DNA of 43,141 bases from Hyphochytrium catenoides (taxonomy: Eukaryota; Protista; Hyphochytriomycota), in assembly GCA_900088475.1 (NCBI GenBank), contig FLMG01004729.1:1-43141 (forward strand), written 5' to 3'. Below the pieces are notes generated by a model. The model did no database searches. It was given only the letters and a program-made list of their open reading frames with translations, and had not been told where the DNA came from. Positions within the stretch are counted from its first letter, which is position 1. Each line of letters starts with the position of its first letter. The translations under genes were made by a program, and so were the position numbers. This document shows positions 24,601-36,035 of the stretch, in pieces.

Positions 24601-25536
24601 TTACCAGGCAAGTCCATAGGAAACCTCATCCGAGTCGGAAGAGTAATACTCCACATCTTCGTATATCTGGGACAGCTGTGGCCTCGAATAGTGGTGTGGC
24701 ACGGTCCTAGCACCACGTAGCAACATAGACGTGCTCTGCTCGGCAGGAAAGTAGGCGGTGGTGTCCTTGGGCCTGGTCCAATGCGCGCGACAATACATAT
24801 TGCACTGGTGCCGAGCAAAGAAAGAGCTAATTCCTTCGGGGCCCAGGTCCGTGACGCCATACATACGTGTCCGAGAGAGCACAACCGGGTCCGTTAGCAC
24901 CACGCCGTTGCGATAAATCCCACCCTGGAGATCACAGACAACAAAATGACCTCCGCTGGCATGGTAAGAGAAATGACTGAGTGCTTGCATCGCTTTGACC
25001 CATGATGGGCCCTTCCGGTGGGATGGCACCCAGCCTGAGTTTGAGTTAAACTTGACATAATCTTCTATGAATGGCTCCACCAGGACCTTCTGACCGTGTC
25101 TAGGACCGCCGTCACTAATTGTCCATACCTGGGGCTGGTTAATCCGAACTTGTTGGTTGACGATATTCTCGCTGTTCCACCGTCGTACCAGGTCAGTGGC
25201 GCGTTCCATTGCCTTGAGATCCGACTCATAGAACTCCGCCTCATACACGACTCCGGATTTGAACCACTTGCCCACGCACGGCTGCCCTGCTCTCTGACCG
25301 CCATTATAGATACCCTTTGCTACCCAGCGGAACCGCCCTTCGGCGAAGGGGCGGTCCATATCATGGATAAGTGCACGCGTGGCGTTATTGACCCTCGACG
25401 AAGTGTCATAGCCAGGCTGATATCCGTCCTCGACACAAAAGCGGCACCGCGATATCCCTGCTCCCTTACGCCATTGGTTATAACTGAAGTCTTCGTGGTC
25501 CAAAGACTGAGAACAAGCAGCACAGTGGCGTTGCAT
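24601..25536 (-). CDS. Alpha-kinase (eEF2K/MHCK family) with N-terminal Cys4 zinc finger, 311 aa, intronless
   Basis: Alpha-kinase motifs PFAEGRFR, CVGKWFK, VEPFIEDYVKFNSNSGW, QALSHFSYHASGG, VCDLQG, LTDP, DLGPEGISSFFARHQCNMYC. N-terminal CAAC...FSYNQW...CRFC. Confidence 0.93.
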   Translation of the reverse strand: MQRHCAACSQSLDHEDFSYNQWRKGAGISRCRFCVEDGYQPGYDTSSRVNNATRALIHDMDRPFAEGRFRWVAKGIYNGGQRAGQPCVGKWFKSGVVYEAEFYESDLKAMERATDLVRRWNSENIVNQQVRINQPQVWTISDGGPRHGQKVLVEPFIEDYVKFNSNSGWVPSHRKGPSWVKAMQALSHFSYHASGGHFVVCDLQGGIYRNGVVLTDPVVLSRTRMYGVTDLGPEGISSFFARHQCNMYCRAHWTRPKDTTAYFPAEQSTSMLLRGARTVPHHYSRPQLSQIYEDVEYYSSDSDEVSYGLAW

Positions 25537-26751
25537 ACTGCATGAGCTTTGGTTGAGATATGGCCCGCAGGAGTTCGGCTAAGTAAAGGACGCGGTGGGG
25601 TGCCGCCTAGGAAAGGACAATCTAGGGACAGGCTGTTACGCAGCTTGTGATGGCTCTATTGCTGGTTTACTCTTGCTACTGTGGTCCCTGAGATACACCT
25701 CAGTTGTCTGGTGAGTTCCTCTCAGAGCCTGAGTGCGAGCAGGAGGCAGAACAGGAGTATCCTCCGTCAGAAGAATGCGATCCTGACGGGCGGGCACCAA
25801 AATCTATGATGATGATGATGGGATGGTTCGGGTTGCCAAGCAGCATCTGCGATGGTGGTGGTAGAAGAGAGAAGAAGAGAAAAGTGCTGGCAAAGTCAGT
25901 GCAGAAGGCCAAATGTTGATTAGAGTTGATGCGTTCCTTTCCTGGGGACTCTCTCAGCTGTCAGACCTGCCTGTATTTGTCATACTCTCTATCTTGAAAA
26001 GGAATATCCTTCCTGATTGACAGTCTAGTCCTGAATAACAGACCTTCTTTGTTAAGCACCAATGAGAAAAAAAGGTTGTTACATTACATCTGTTTGATGA
26101 TGTTCCTGCCCTTATTGTAAATAAGTTCATCATTGCTCAACCCAATTCCGTCATTCTACTGTGTTGGTTCTGGTATCCAACAAATGCAAGGATTGGTACT
26201 TTCCCCCAAGCTTTCGCCTGACTGAGAGAAGTCGGCAAGAGCTCCAACAGAAGCAGCATCTGAGCTGGGATGGGCTAGAAACTAGAAAGGAGTTCTATGA
26301 AAGAAGAGTAGCGGCGACTGGCGGGGCGCAAGCGAAAGGAGAGACCAGCAACAACCTCGCCAGCAAGGCGTCGGTGGACATGGCCCCGGGCTGCCGCAGA
26401 AAGCAGAATGATATCTGCAACATGGTTTATGATCACGAGGAGGAGGGGGGTGATCGGAGTTTAAGCAGCCTTCGGAGCCAGGAGGATAGAGATGCGCTAT
26501 CCACTTAACTCTGGCAAGCGCCAGGGGACGTACCCAGTCTCTCGCTAATGGAGACTATCGTAAGGCTAATCCCTATCCGCACCAGCAGAGCCGCTCTTGT
26601 TGGGGCCTCCAGCGTTTTCTTTGTTGTTGACCCTACCACCTGGGCCCCTACCAGCTCGTCCTTGAGCATCCTCGGCCGGCTTGAAACTGAGACCCTCCAC
26701 CACCCAACCTGTGTGCAGAATCAGGATGTCCCATGTCAAGCAGTCTTCGCC

Positions 26752-27658
26752 GTGTTGCGATTCCTGCGCCCTTCCACTCAGAATTCCTGCTGTCGATTTG
26801 TTGGCGGGCCACGTCCCAACGCGTCATGTCTGCCACAATGGCGGACTCCTCAAGCCGACACTGTGGTATCGCCACGGTCCATGAAAACCCCATAATCTGG
26901 CTTCCTGCCGCCTCCAGGTGCGCCCGCCCATCAAAATCTGCGGTTCTGGCTGATGGCGCACACTGTTGTGCACCAGGCTGGACCAGGCCTGCATGGCACT
27001 GCAGTAGGACTAGCTCCTCTCTCTGGGCTCCTGAGGTTCCAGCGGCCCATCCTGATAGACCTTGCTCCGTCAGTTTGGCGGACCGAGTCACATGAAGTTC
27101 GGTCAGCGCCTTCTCAAGCTCCCACAGGCTCTGACGATTGCCAGGGGATGTACCCAGTCTCTCCCCTCCTGGCTCCGAAGGCTGCCTATCCTCCGATCAC
27201 CCTCGTGATCATACACCATGTGCAGATATCTTTCTGCTTTCTGCGCTAGAAGATCGGCGCCATTATTTCCACCGCCGCCTTGACGGCGAGTAGCTTGAGG
27301 AGGCACTGATGGAACTTCATGTGACTCGGTCCGCCAAACTAACGGAGCAAGGTCTACCTGGATGGGCGCTGGAACCTCAGGAGCCCAGAGGGAGGAGTTA
27401 GTCCTTCTGCACAGTGCCATGCACGCCTGGGCCAGTCTGGTCACAACAGTGTGCGCCATCAAGCCAGCAACGCAGATGATGGACGGCCGTACCTAGAGGC
27501 GGGAGGAAGCCAGGTTATGGGGGTTTTTATGGACCGTTGGCGATACCAAAAGTGTCGGCTTGAGCCCGCCATTGTGGCAGACATGACGCGCTGTGACGTG
27601 GCCCGCCAACAACTCGACACTAGGGATTCTGTGTGGAAGGGCGCAGAAATCGCAACAC
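26752..27658. repeat. Long imperfect inverted repeat (arms ~26752-27120 and ~27292-27658, spacer ~170 bp)
   Basis: The left arm aligns along its length with the reverse complement of the right arm. Examples: GGCGGACCGAGTCACATGAAGTTC vs GAACTTCATGTGACTCGGTCCGCC, and CGCGTCATGTCTGCCACAATGGCGG vs CCGCCATTGTGGCAGACATGACGCG. Confidence 0.93.
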
Positions 27659-29305
27659 TCACTTCTCTTGGCGCAGCGTGACGGGAACACAGGGAAGAGT
27701 CGCGCTAGTTCAGCCTTGGCACCGACAGATCTGCTGGTGGGCACCACCCTTCCTTCTGATATCATCATGGACCTTGCAGAAGATTCAACAAGAGGGCGGG
27801 ACCGGAATACTAATCTGATGCTTGCTGCTACCATCCACATCAGAACAGAACGAGGGCATTATAGCGCGAGCTAAAAGGAGTGACTGTTGCATGGCTATAA
27901 AGTGGCGGTGGACAACAATAATATAGCCATATAGCGAGCCAAATGACTGCCTCTGTGAGCTCTTCGGATCAGGTAAGTAATAGCCACCACTAGTAGCTGC
28001 TGGATTGATAAAAGGGAAGGAGAAACATGCTAAATCTGTAGTACAGCTCGCCATGACCGGCTGGCTGCACAGAAAAAGGAGTGTAAGTGCGCGGATGACA
28101 GTTGGTGTCCTAAAGAGGGCCCTCTCCTCCTCCTTCTTGGGTTATGACTGCTGCCGTCCGTAGTCCTCTGTGTCCAGCAGTCTACAGTCTCGTCGACAGA
28201 AGAACGAAACCCCTATTATGTACGGAGACTAAAGAATGAAATTGAAGAGCAACGACATGCTATATGTAAGTACTAGAGGAGCGTAGCCTAGCACATGATG
28301 ACCCAACACCGATCCTCCTACGGCCTCCGTTATGGGCAGGGCAACTAGTAGATAATAAGCGAACGCACGTCCCAAGGAGAGGGCCAGACGGCCGTGTTAA
28401 TATACTCAACCTCACTGCCTCAGTAACCCATCCGTACAGACAACAATAGAGTGTTTGGATTGCGATCGTGATAGGAAATGTCGCAATTCCACCTGAACTA
28501 GCAGGTGCTCAGAACGAAGAAGAAGGCAGCAGCTCATGAAAAGGACTCGGTTCCCATCAATCAAAAGAGAGTGAGATGGTGAAAAACGACTCTCTCTATC
28601 AGCTTGCTGACCTCGAACTAGGATAGCCCGGGAGGTTCTTCGTAAGCAGGCTGTCATCGGCCTTCAATCCGTAAAGAGCTTTGGAATGTCGGTCATGCGT
28701 CTCTAACCAATAGCTTCATCGCGGCCATGCACGCGGATTGAGTCATGTCCTAGCTTGCAGGTGGTAAACAAAACGCTCCATTCTCTCGCTCCTCATCATC
28801 ATCAGGCCATAGATAATGATGATAGTACTGGTGAAAAAAGACAAAGGAGAGATAACAGACCCGGAAGCGAGTGAGTCCCGCTTGACTAGAAGGTAGGGAA
28901 GGTGACGAGAAGGAAGCAAGCAGCACAGAAGGGTGGGAAGGAGGAGCTAGCATGTAGCCAAAGACGCCAAACCTCCAACGGCGACGGTGAAAGGAAAGGT
29001 GCTACCGCCCCCTAGCAGCAGAAACCCCGACTTTTTTTCTCGCTCCCTCACCGCCTCTGACGAAAATACTCGGAGGCACTAGGAGTGAATACTCTGTGTT
29101 AAACTTTTCCTAAAGTGTTCATTTGCACTTCTCGCTAATTTCTAAGGCCAGAGAAACCCTTTACGACAAAATAAGGTATCCTCGTAGAGAGTTGAAGGCC
29201 CAAGAGACGTAACGGCCGCTAGAGAAGTCGTTACATATTGTGGTGCACTCATAATTAGCCATCAGCAACCTTCTCATACAAGCTCACTCTACTTCCCTCC
29301 AGCTT

Positions 29306-29322
29306 CCCTCTCTTTCTCTCTG

Positions 29323-29372
<50 letters not shown>

Positions 29373-29382
29373 CCTCTCTCTT

Positions 29383-29423
<41 letters not shown>

Positions 29424-29457
29424 TCTTTTCTCTTCTTTCCTCTCTCTCCCCCTCTCT
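29306..29457. repeat. (CT)n / (GA)n microsatellite
   Basis: Run of CTCTCT with TTT interruptions. Confidence 0.97.
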
Positions 29458-30711
29458 GTACGAACCACCTAGTAGCCCTTCTTCGCGGTATCTCAGCTTC
29501 TTTCTCCTCTGTCAATGTAATTGACTCTCATGCCCTCGTACCTCAGTGAGGAGAGGGGCCGACGATAGACTGCTCTTCTTCCTCCTTCCTCCATCAGTCC
29601 TGTGCTCCTTAGGCAGGATGACGGGTCATCACCCGCAGAGGGGGAGCGCAGAGAGGGTTTGTGAGGTGACAGGTCCATCACCATCCAGAGGAAACAGTCT
29701 ACGCTGCAGCAGAAGCATCATCCGGCCCGGAAAAGGAGGAAATAAAAACGCAGGGGACTGAAGTCACCCATAGAAGGTGATGGGTCGCCCACAAAAAGCA
29801 GGGGAACACCACGCTGTCAAGCTGTCTATTGGCAGACCACCTTGGCTTAGCTTGTGCCTCTGGGTAGTGAACTGTGGTTGGAGATGAGAACGGACGGGGT
29901 AAGCAGAGGGCTTGTGTTGCACAGACGTCAATGTATAGAGGAAAGAAGCCACCGCCGCCCTGTCTCCTCCACAGAACCAGTAACAACAGTGTGTGGAAAA
30001 TTTAACAGGAAAGCTATGAGGGAAACTGCTCTTTTGTCTGGTCTCTGTTCTCTCTTCTTTCTCTCTCTCTCTTCCCTGTTCTGCTCTACTAAGGCTAGAG
30101 CGTCCTGTCTCCACTTTACTTCCCGACCGGTAGAAGAAGAGAGCTGAGTCTTCCTCTCCTCCTGGGTGACAGATTGATGGGCAGGAGGAGGAGTGGCACC
30201 GAGGGACCTCAAATAGCTAGAAGCTATTCTTTTATAAAGCTGGCATTGGGGCGCTCCGGTTGTTTCCCCTCTTCCTCCTATTTTGGCAGGGCGACTCCTC
30301 GCCCGATGGTGATCCTCTAACTAACTCAGAAAACCTTTCTTTTCATTTCGTCTTTTTTCTCGTTTTCCTGGCTCTCTTTCCATCGAGGTTATCAGTCAGC
30401 CATCGTTGCGTTAGCCTGTCGCTCTCCTTTCTCATCATTTACCGTCATAGCTCCAACTCGATACTCCTTTTCCTGGCTCTGCCTCCCCCACTACACTCGC
30501 TTTCCTGGCTCTGCATTCTTCTGGGTTCCTGGGCTGAGACGACGTCCAGTGTCATGCTTCTCGTGGAGGCTAGTTTGCGGCGACCCAGGTCTGCGTGGAC
30601 CTAATCTGAGCGAGAGCTAGCCCTAACTACGCATCCTAGGGGTGTGCTTTCACGGTGGATATGGATTAAGAATCACCAAACAAGATGAGACGTAGGAATC
30701 TCGCCCGCGCC

Positions 30712-30719
30712 TATAAAAG
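30712..30719 (+). promoter_or_regulatory. Candidate TATA box
   Basis: TATAAAAG about 60 bp upstream of the ATG at 30780. Confidence 0.4.
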
Positions 30720-30779
30720 CTCCTTCAGTACCGGTCGCTGCGTTGAAAAGGCCACGCTTTGGAGGTTGTGGTTCTAGAG

Positions 30780-33700
30780 ATGAAGGCTAAGGTCATTGCT
30801 TGTGATTCACACTGGAGTAACCCCATCATATCTGGCACGAACGGCAGCGCCACCGAAGATGAACAGCAAAGTAGTAGCGGGCCTGCCGGGGGTCAGAAGT
30901 CATCGGCATGCAACCTTGGTAGCTCTCCCAAGAATGCAGCACGAGCTGTCGAGCCCAGGACAACGAAGAAGGAGGCTGGAGAGCCGTCTTCTCTTGAGTG
31001 CAAAAATCAGGGACACGCAGCATACTTTAGCGCTGAGGTCCCTCCGATGGCCCAAGGCAATGACACTCGCAATCACAGTGGAGAAGCATTGCCAAGCAAA
31101 GAGGTTAAATGCCAAGGGCGCAAAGTGTCTGCAATAGAGGGACTCTCGACCTTCCATCGAGATGGAAGACCCACTCAGAAGCCGATCGGGGTGTACATGG
31201 CAAATATACGGCTCTGCCACAGGTTCATCGAGGTACTCAGTGCTCTTCAACAGCACCAGAAAGCAGGAATCGTCACGAAGCGGGAGGGACAGAAAGAAGG
31301 TGATTCTTTGGACAACAGGGAGCAACAGGACTATCGGGCCAGTGTCATCGACACTTACCTTCAACGCATCGAGAGTCAGATTGTTCAGATAGCACAGACT
31401 ACATGTCGTGTCTCACTCGCGTCAGCGGCTCCACCATCGTCTCGTAGTGAGTCATTGGAGACTAGCCGCTCCACCTGGGGTGCTAAGGCCCTATCGACAA
31501 AGTCTCTGTTCGTTAGAAAGGTAGACGGAGACGGCGGGGGTTGGAGAGGAGCAGGAAGACCTTCTGCTTCCCCAAAGAACATGCAGGCACGGCGCATCAA
31601 CGTGTCCAAACATCAGCGGGTCTCTCCCCAGTCATCTTTCGCAACAGACAATAACCCTGGCGCGGAAGATGCATCCATTGCTAGCACTTTACCATTGTCA
31701 TCCTCCGCATCATCAGGGTCGTCGCAACGGGGTCGTTCTAGCTCAACCCTCTCTCTTCCTCTCCGAGGCGTGGTCAGTATAAAATTGAAGCTGAAGCAAC
31801 GCCAAGAGACCTTAAGAAGTCTCTTTACCGTTTCCAGAACGCGACAAGCGCGCAGGCTTCGCTTTCTGTTAGCTCGGAAGCCATATGTGGAGCTTGGGGC
31901 AGAGCAAAGCCATCTTTCTCTAATGCATAAGCTCCTAGGCCAGAGCTTCACGCACACGTGGTGGAGAGCCAAGGCGATAACAGCTCCTGCAGCGTGGCTG
32001 GCGTTCGTCTTTGCAATATGCGCTTTGCCCCTTACCCTGATACTCGGACCTGCCATCACTGACACGGCCAAGTTGACCACAGGCTTGCTATGCGTCGCTG
32101 CGGGTCTTTACTGTGGGATATTCTCCACGTCGCTCATGAATTACCGCCTTCTTTGTATGATGCTTAGCACCTTCGACCTCCTTTTCCTCTTCACGGAGAT
32201 GTTTCTGTACGTTGGCTCGCTGGTCATCGTGCTCTGCGGTGCGCCCATCGGATACTGCGCCGCTATCTCCATAGCTTTTGGCTACTTCTTTACCATTGTA
32301 TACGACTGCTTTCCGCTCTCCATACGGAAGAAGTGTAGGGCTGGATTGCTGGTGGCATGTATCTGGAACTTTCTTCTTTGGCTTATCCTCTATACGCAGC
32401 CTCCTGAAGGACTATGTAGGTACCACGTGAACATGAGGACAGGTCAATTGACAGATGAGCATTACGATGGCTGGAAGTTCTCCCTCTTTGACTTCTGCCT
32501 GAACCGAGGGCTTAACATCGTCATCCTCTTCACAAAGATGACGTGCATGACCTTTAAATATCCCACTGACTGTGTGGTGCTCAAGTCACGTCTTCGCCTT
32601 ATGGAGTGTGAGGTGGCGAACCGTACGCCGTATGAAGATGACTTGAGCAGCACGTCATCTGGAGGACGGACAGGAGAAGGTAGCAGTGATGGACTAACGG
32701 GCCCCATCGGCAGGGTGAAAGGGGAGGATGGGGAAGAGGAAGAGGAGAAGGAAAGAGGAAGTCAAAAGGAAAGAAGAAAGTGTTCCACGACGGCGCTCTG
32801 TGACTCCATGCTAGCATATCTTTCGACGTCCACTACCTTTCACGACCACGAGTGGAAGTGCATCGTTGACGTCTATCTGCTCCTGTCTGAAATGCGCAAA
32901 GGTACCACCAGGCTGAAAGATGCTACTAAGGCACCTCCACTGGCCCCATCTTCTACTGTCCTTTCTCCTGTTACTTCTCTATCTTCGTCGACGCCAGGCG
33001 ACGGTGAGATTCCTGAACTTTCATCGGGAGAGAGGCCCTCAAGTGGTGACGAAGCAACCATGATAGGATCCCATCAACGCAGTGGCCGCTTCGTTTTCTT
33101 GGCCCAACTTGGGAGAGGAGGACATGAGGGCCATTTCTCTGCTTCCAGGAGGACAAAAGGCAAGTACGCGCTGACAGTGGTAAAGCTGCATTCCGAAATG
33201 ACAGAACAGGAGAGCGGACAAACAGTCATGATGCTCCTCTTCGGACAAAAGTTTACGGAGGTCTGGTTTCAATGGCGCAGACTTCTAACTCCGTTAGCCC
33301 GGCTCTCCTTCGTGACCTATATGGCCATGGCGCTAGTGCTGATTATGAATGCTGGTTCGCCATCCACTGAAGCGCTCATGGGCTCCTTGCTTCTGCTGAA
33401 TTCTCTCATTATGATGATCTTCTACTCCTCGCTCATGAACTACTGGATCTTTCGGTGCTGTCTAAGAATGTTTGACGTGGCATTTTTCATGGTCCACTTG
33501 CTGGTCTACTCCTTCTTTCTTGCTAGCGCTCTCTGCTTTACCCCAGGGGGCTGGTGTCTTGGCATCAGTTGGTTCTTGGCTAATGCCATTACTTTCTTCT
33601 ACGACTCCATGCCTCTACGAACAAGAAACAAGAGCAAAGGAGTTGCCTTTCTGGGAACGGTCTTTGTGATAGTAGTGGAGTTGCTCTACTATACACGACT

Positions 33701-33983
33701 ACCGCCAGGCTTATGTACCTACCGTGTCGGGATGTCTGACGACGGGAATGTTTGGCTGAGGGACAACGAACTGCATCAAGGTTTATCAGTCTTTGAAGCT
33801 GGCCTCAACAGCGGACTGACGTTAATCGTCCTGCTGTCCAGAATCTGCTTTGCGGTCATCAATGATCCTGAGGATTGCGTCGTGCTCCGAACTCGGATGC
33901 GTCTGATTGCTGTGCCTGACTTTACTGCCATGGCCCCACTAGATTTTCTGCCAGCGGTCCAACCAACTCAACATCCACAATGA
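30780..33983 (+). CDS. Uncharacterised polytopic membrane protein with two internal 6-TM repeats (paralog A), ~1067 aa, intronless
   Basis: Long ORF, first in-frame ATG at 30780. Two hydrophobic blocks share the motifs SLMNY..FD..F, YDC/S.PL..R.K, PP.GLC.Y and P.DCVVL.SRLRL. Collinear with 36036-38996. Confidence 0.85.
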   Translation: MKAKVIACDSHWSNPIISGTNGSATEDEQQSSSGPAGGQKSSACNLGSSPKNAARAVEPRTTKKEAGEPSSLECKNQGHAAYFSAEVPPMAQGNDTRNHSGEALPSKEVKCQGRKVSAIEGLSTFHRDGRPTQKPIGVYMANIRLCHRFIEVLSALQQHQKAGIVTKREGQKEGDSLDNREQQDYRASVIDTYLQRIESQIVQIAQTTCRVSLASAAPPSSRSESLETSRSTWGAKALSTKSLFVRKVDGDGGGWRGAGRPSASPKNMQARRINVSKHQRVSPQSSFATDNNPGAEDASIASTLPLSSSASSGSSQRGRSSSTLSLPLRGVVSIKLKLKQRQETLRSLFTVSRTRQARRLRFLLARKPYVELGAEQSHLSLMHKLLGQSFTHTWWRAKAITAPAAWLAFVFAICALPLTLILGPAITDTAKLTTGLLCVAAGLYCGIFSTSLMNYRLLCMMLSTFDLLFLFTEMFLYVGSLVIVLCGAPIGYCAAISIAFGYFFTIVYDCFPLSIRKKCRAGLLVACIWNFLLWLILYTQPPEGLCRYHVNMRTGQLTDEHYDGWKFSLFDFCLNRGLNIVILFTKMTCMTFKYPTDCVVLKSRLRLMECEVANRTPYEDDLSSTSSGGRTGEGSSDGLTGPIGRVKGEDGEEEEEKERGSQKERRKCSTTALCDSMLAYLSTSTTFHDHEWKCIVDVYLLLSEMRKGTTRLKDATKAPPLAPSSTVLSPVTSLSSSTPGDGEIPELSSGERPSSGDEATMIGSHQRSGRFVFLAQLGRGGHEGHFSASRRTKGKYALTVVKLHSEMTEQESGQTVMMLLFGQKFTEVWFQWRRLLTPLARLSFVTYMAMALVLIMNAGSPSTEALMGSLLLLNSLIMMIFYSSLMNYWIFRCCLRMFDVAFFMVHLLVYSFFLASALCFTPGGWCLGISWFLANAITFFYDSMPLRTRNKSKGVAFLGTVFVIVVELLYYTRLPPGLCTYRVGMSDDGNVWLRDNELHQGLSVFEAGLNSGLTLIVLLSRICFAVINDPEDCVVLRTRMRLIAVPDFTAMAPLDFLPAVQPTQHPQ

Positions 33984-36035
33984 AGCCAACACAGCCTATT
34001 TCCTTCTCTTACTGAGCTTGAAGAAGCTCCCCACTCTCTCCAGTAAGCAGGACTTTGTCATCATAACTAGGGGTCTCAAGGGTCCTTCTTAGTGCACATA
34101 GTAACTCTTATTCTCTATATACTTGCCTGGACAGGGCCTCATCGACATCAGAACGAGCCATCAGCTAAACTCCTCACAACTGTCCCTTTAACTTCGGAGC
34201 TACCACGAGCCCTCTAAGCTATCGGTCATCTACGGAGTGACCACGAGACCTTTCAGCCAAAGTGATGACGATGCCATTGAGAGGTCACAGAAGGTTAACA
34301 ACTGCTGCTGAATGATGATGCTCATGCATTAGCAGTATTGCTTTTTCCTTCTTGGCTAGTGTTCGCAGCATGTCTCCTCCCTTGGGCATTAGTTAGGTAA
34401 AATAGTAAGCTTTGCTTTCCCCTTCACCGCTGAGATACAAGTCGTCGCTAGGTAATGGGTTCCACATCAGCACGACGTATTGACATGGCAAACCTGCTAT
34501 AACGCCCTCCACCCGATGGCGCGCCGCTCGGGCCCAGAAGGCTTCGCTAGCAGATTAGGTGGTATGTGCTGGTGATGAGCAGGCTAGTTCTCTCACTCAC
34601 CACCATGATGCCATTCTCCTGCTCCTCTTCAAACCAGGACGAGGGGCCACTTAGAGTGTCACGCCATGGGCTGGTTATGTCAGTGACGACAACTCCAGTC
34701 GCCTTACCTTGACAGAAGCTTCGGTGGCTGCCCGCACGCCAGAAGAAGTTCAAACAAAGAAAGTCGTCCGCTGAGGATTGTTCAGTAGGACCATTAAGCA
34801 GTATGACCGACGCAGCAGCCCGCAAGTCGAGCGCGGGCTGCTATGCCACTCTGCGCCCTTGAGAGAGAGCATCAGACAGAAGAGAAGAAGAGGCAGCCCT
34901 GGCTGTCAGAGCAAGACGCTGGAGCTGGGAACCAGATCAAAAGTCCATCATTTATGGGTAGGAGATGGACACCTTGCAGTACTAAATGTTAGGAAAGGGA
35001 GACTGCAGTAACGGCCGTGTCACCGTCCGTTACACGCGCGCTGGTGATGATTTCCTAAGCCTGTCATTATCTTAGCGGCAGAGATGCTGCCTCAGAGCGC
35101 ACGCGTGAGAAAGAGAGGGACAGTCCCGCGCCCTTAATGTTAGGGCTTGAGCAGTCTAGTGGTCAGAGCCCTGTCACGGCAGGTCGAACGTAGCAGGCAA
35201 CTGCCTGCCTGGATGCTCCTCTGGTTGGCGCGGAAAGAAGATGGCGTGATAAATAAGTGCATGCCATCGACTCGGTAAGGCAACAAGAAGCTTGTTCACA
35301 GCTTCTCATGGCACATCATAGCTCGTCACTTTCAGAATGAAGCAGCGTTCTGAGGAGTGCTCTCCTCTTCCAATGGGGTGGTGGATAGTACGCCCATCAA
35401 CGGGTAGAACGCGGCTGATCGCTATCTCGTAACGCTGAAGCGCTTACCATTATCATCAAGCAAGCCGCAGACATAAGAAGAGTCAGGTGGCAGCGTAGAA
35501 CGAGGTGAACAGAGGGATAACGACTGAGGTTTGACCTCCTTCCTGGTGGTACGTGGCAGCTAAAATGCTCGGATCGGTGTTGACCGATGCTGAGAGGATG
35601 CCAGCAGCAAGAAGCTTAAATTCCCGAGTGATACCTCTGCTGTCCCCGCTATGCCAGCAGGTCAACCCTCCTCCTGCCGCTTGTTGACTGGAGTCGGTGT
35701 CCATCCTTTCTCGCTGTACCTCCAAGGATGGGGCACGAAGGGATCCCGCTGATAGCGATATGCTTTACCTCTGGAAGATAGGTCTTGGCAGGAGATAATC
35801 GCGACGAGGAAAGCGACTAGCAGCTACCGTTGTCTCTCCTTTGCTTAGCTCAAAGCTGCCGTTTAGCACTGGCTCTACCGCGCCATATGATAGAGGCAAG
35901 TATGGCATGACCCTAGTCCGCCCTCAGCTAGTCCATCATGGTGTAGACTAAGGATATGCCTCCATAAAGCAGTGGCCGCCTTTCGCGCAGCAGGAGAAGA
36001 AGACTTCGGTGCATTGCAATCGCTTCTCAGTTACT

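Noticed and set aside
25096-25545. 149-aa antisense ORF
   Set aside because: Shadow ORF opposite the alpha-kinase.
27785-28960. Possible minus-strand spliced gene
   Set aside because: Some splice-like sites are present, but there is no phase-consistent chain or recognisable protein.
29255-29515. Glu/Arg-rich ORF
   Set aside because: Translation artefact of the (GA)n microsatellite; the same applies to the ORFs at 42114-42708.
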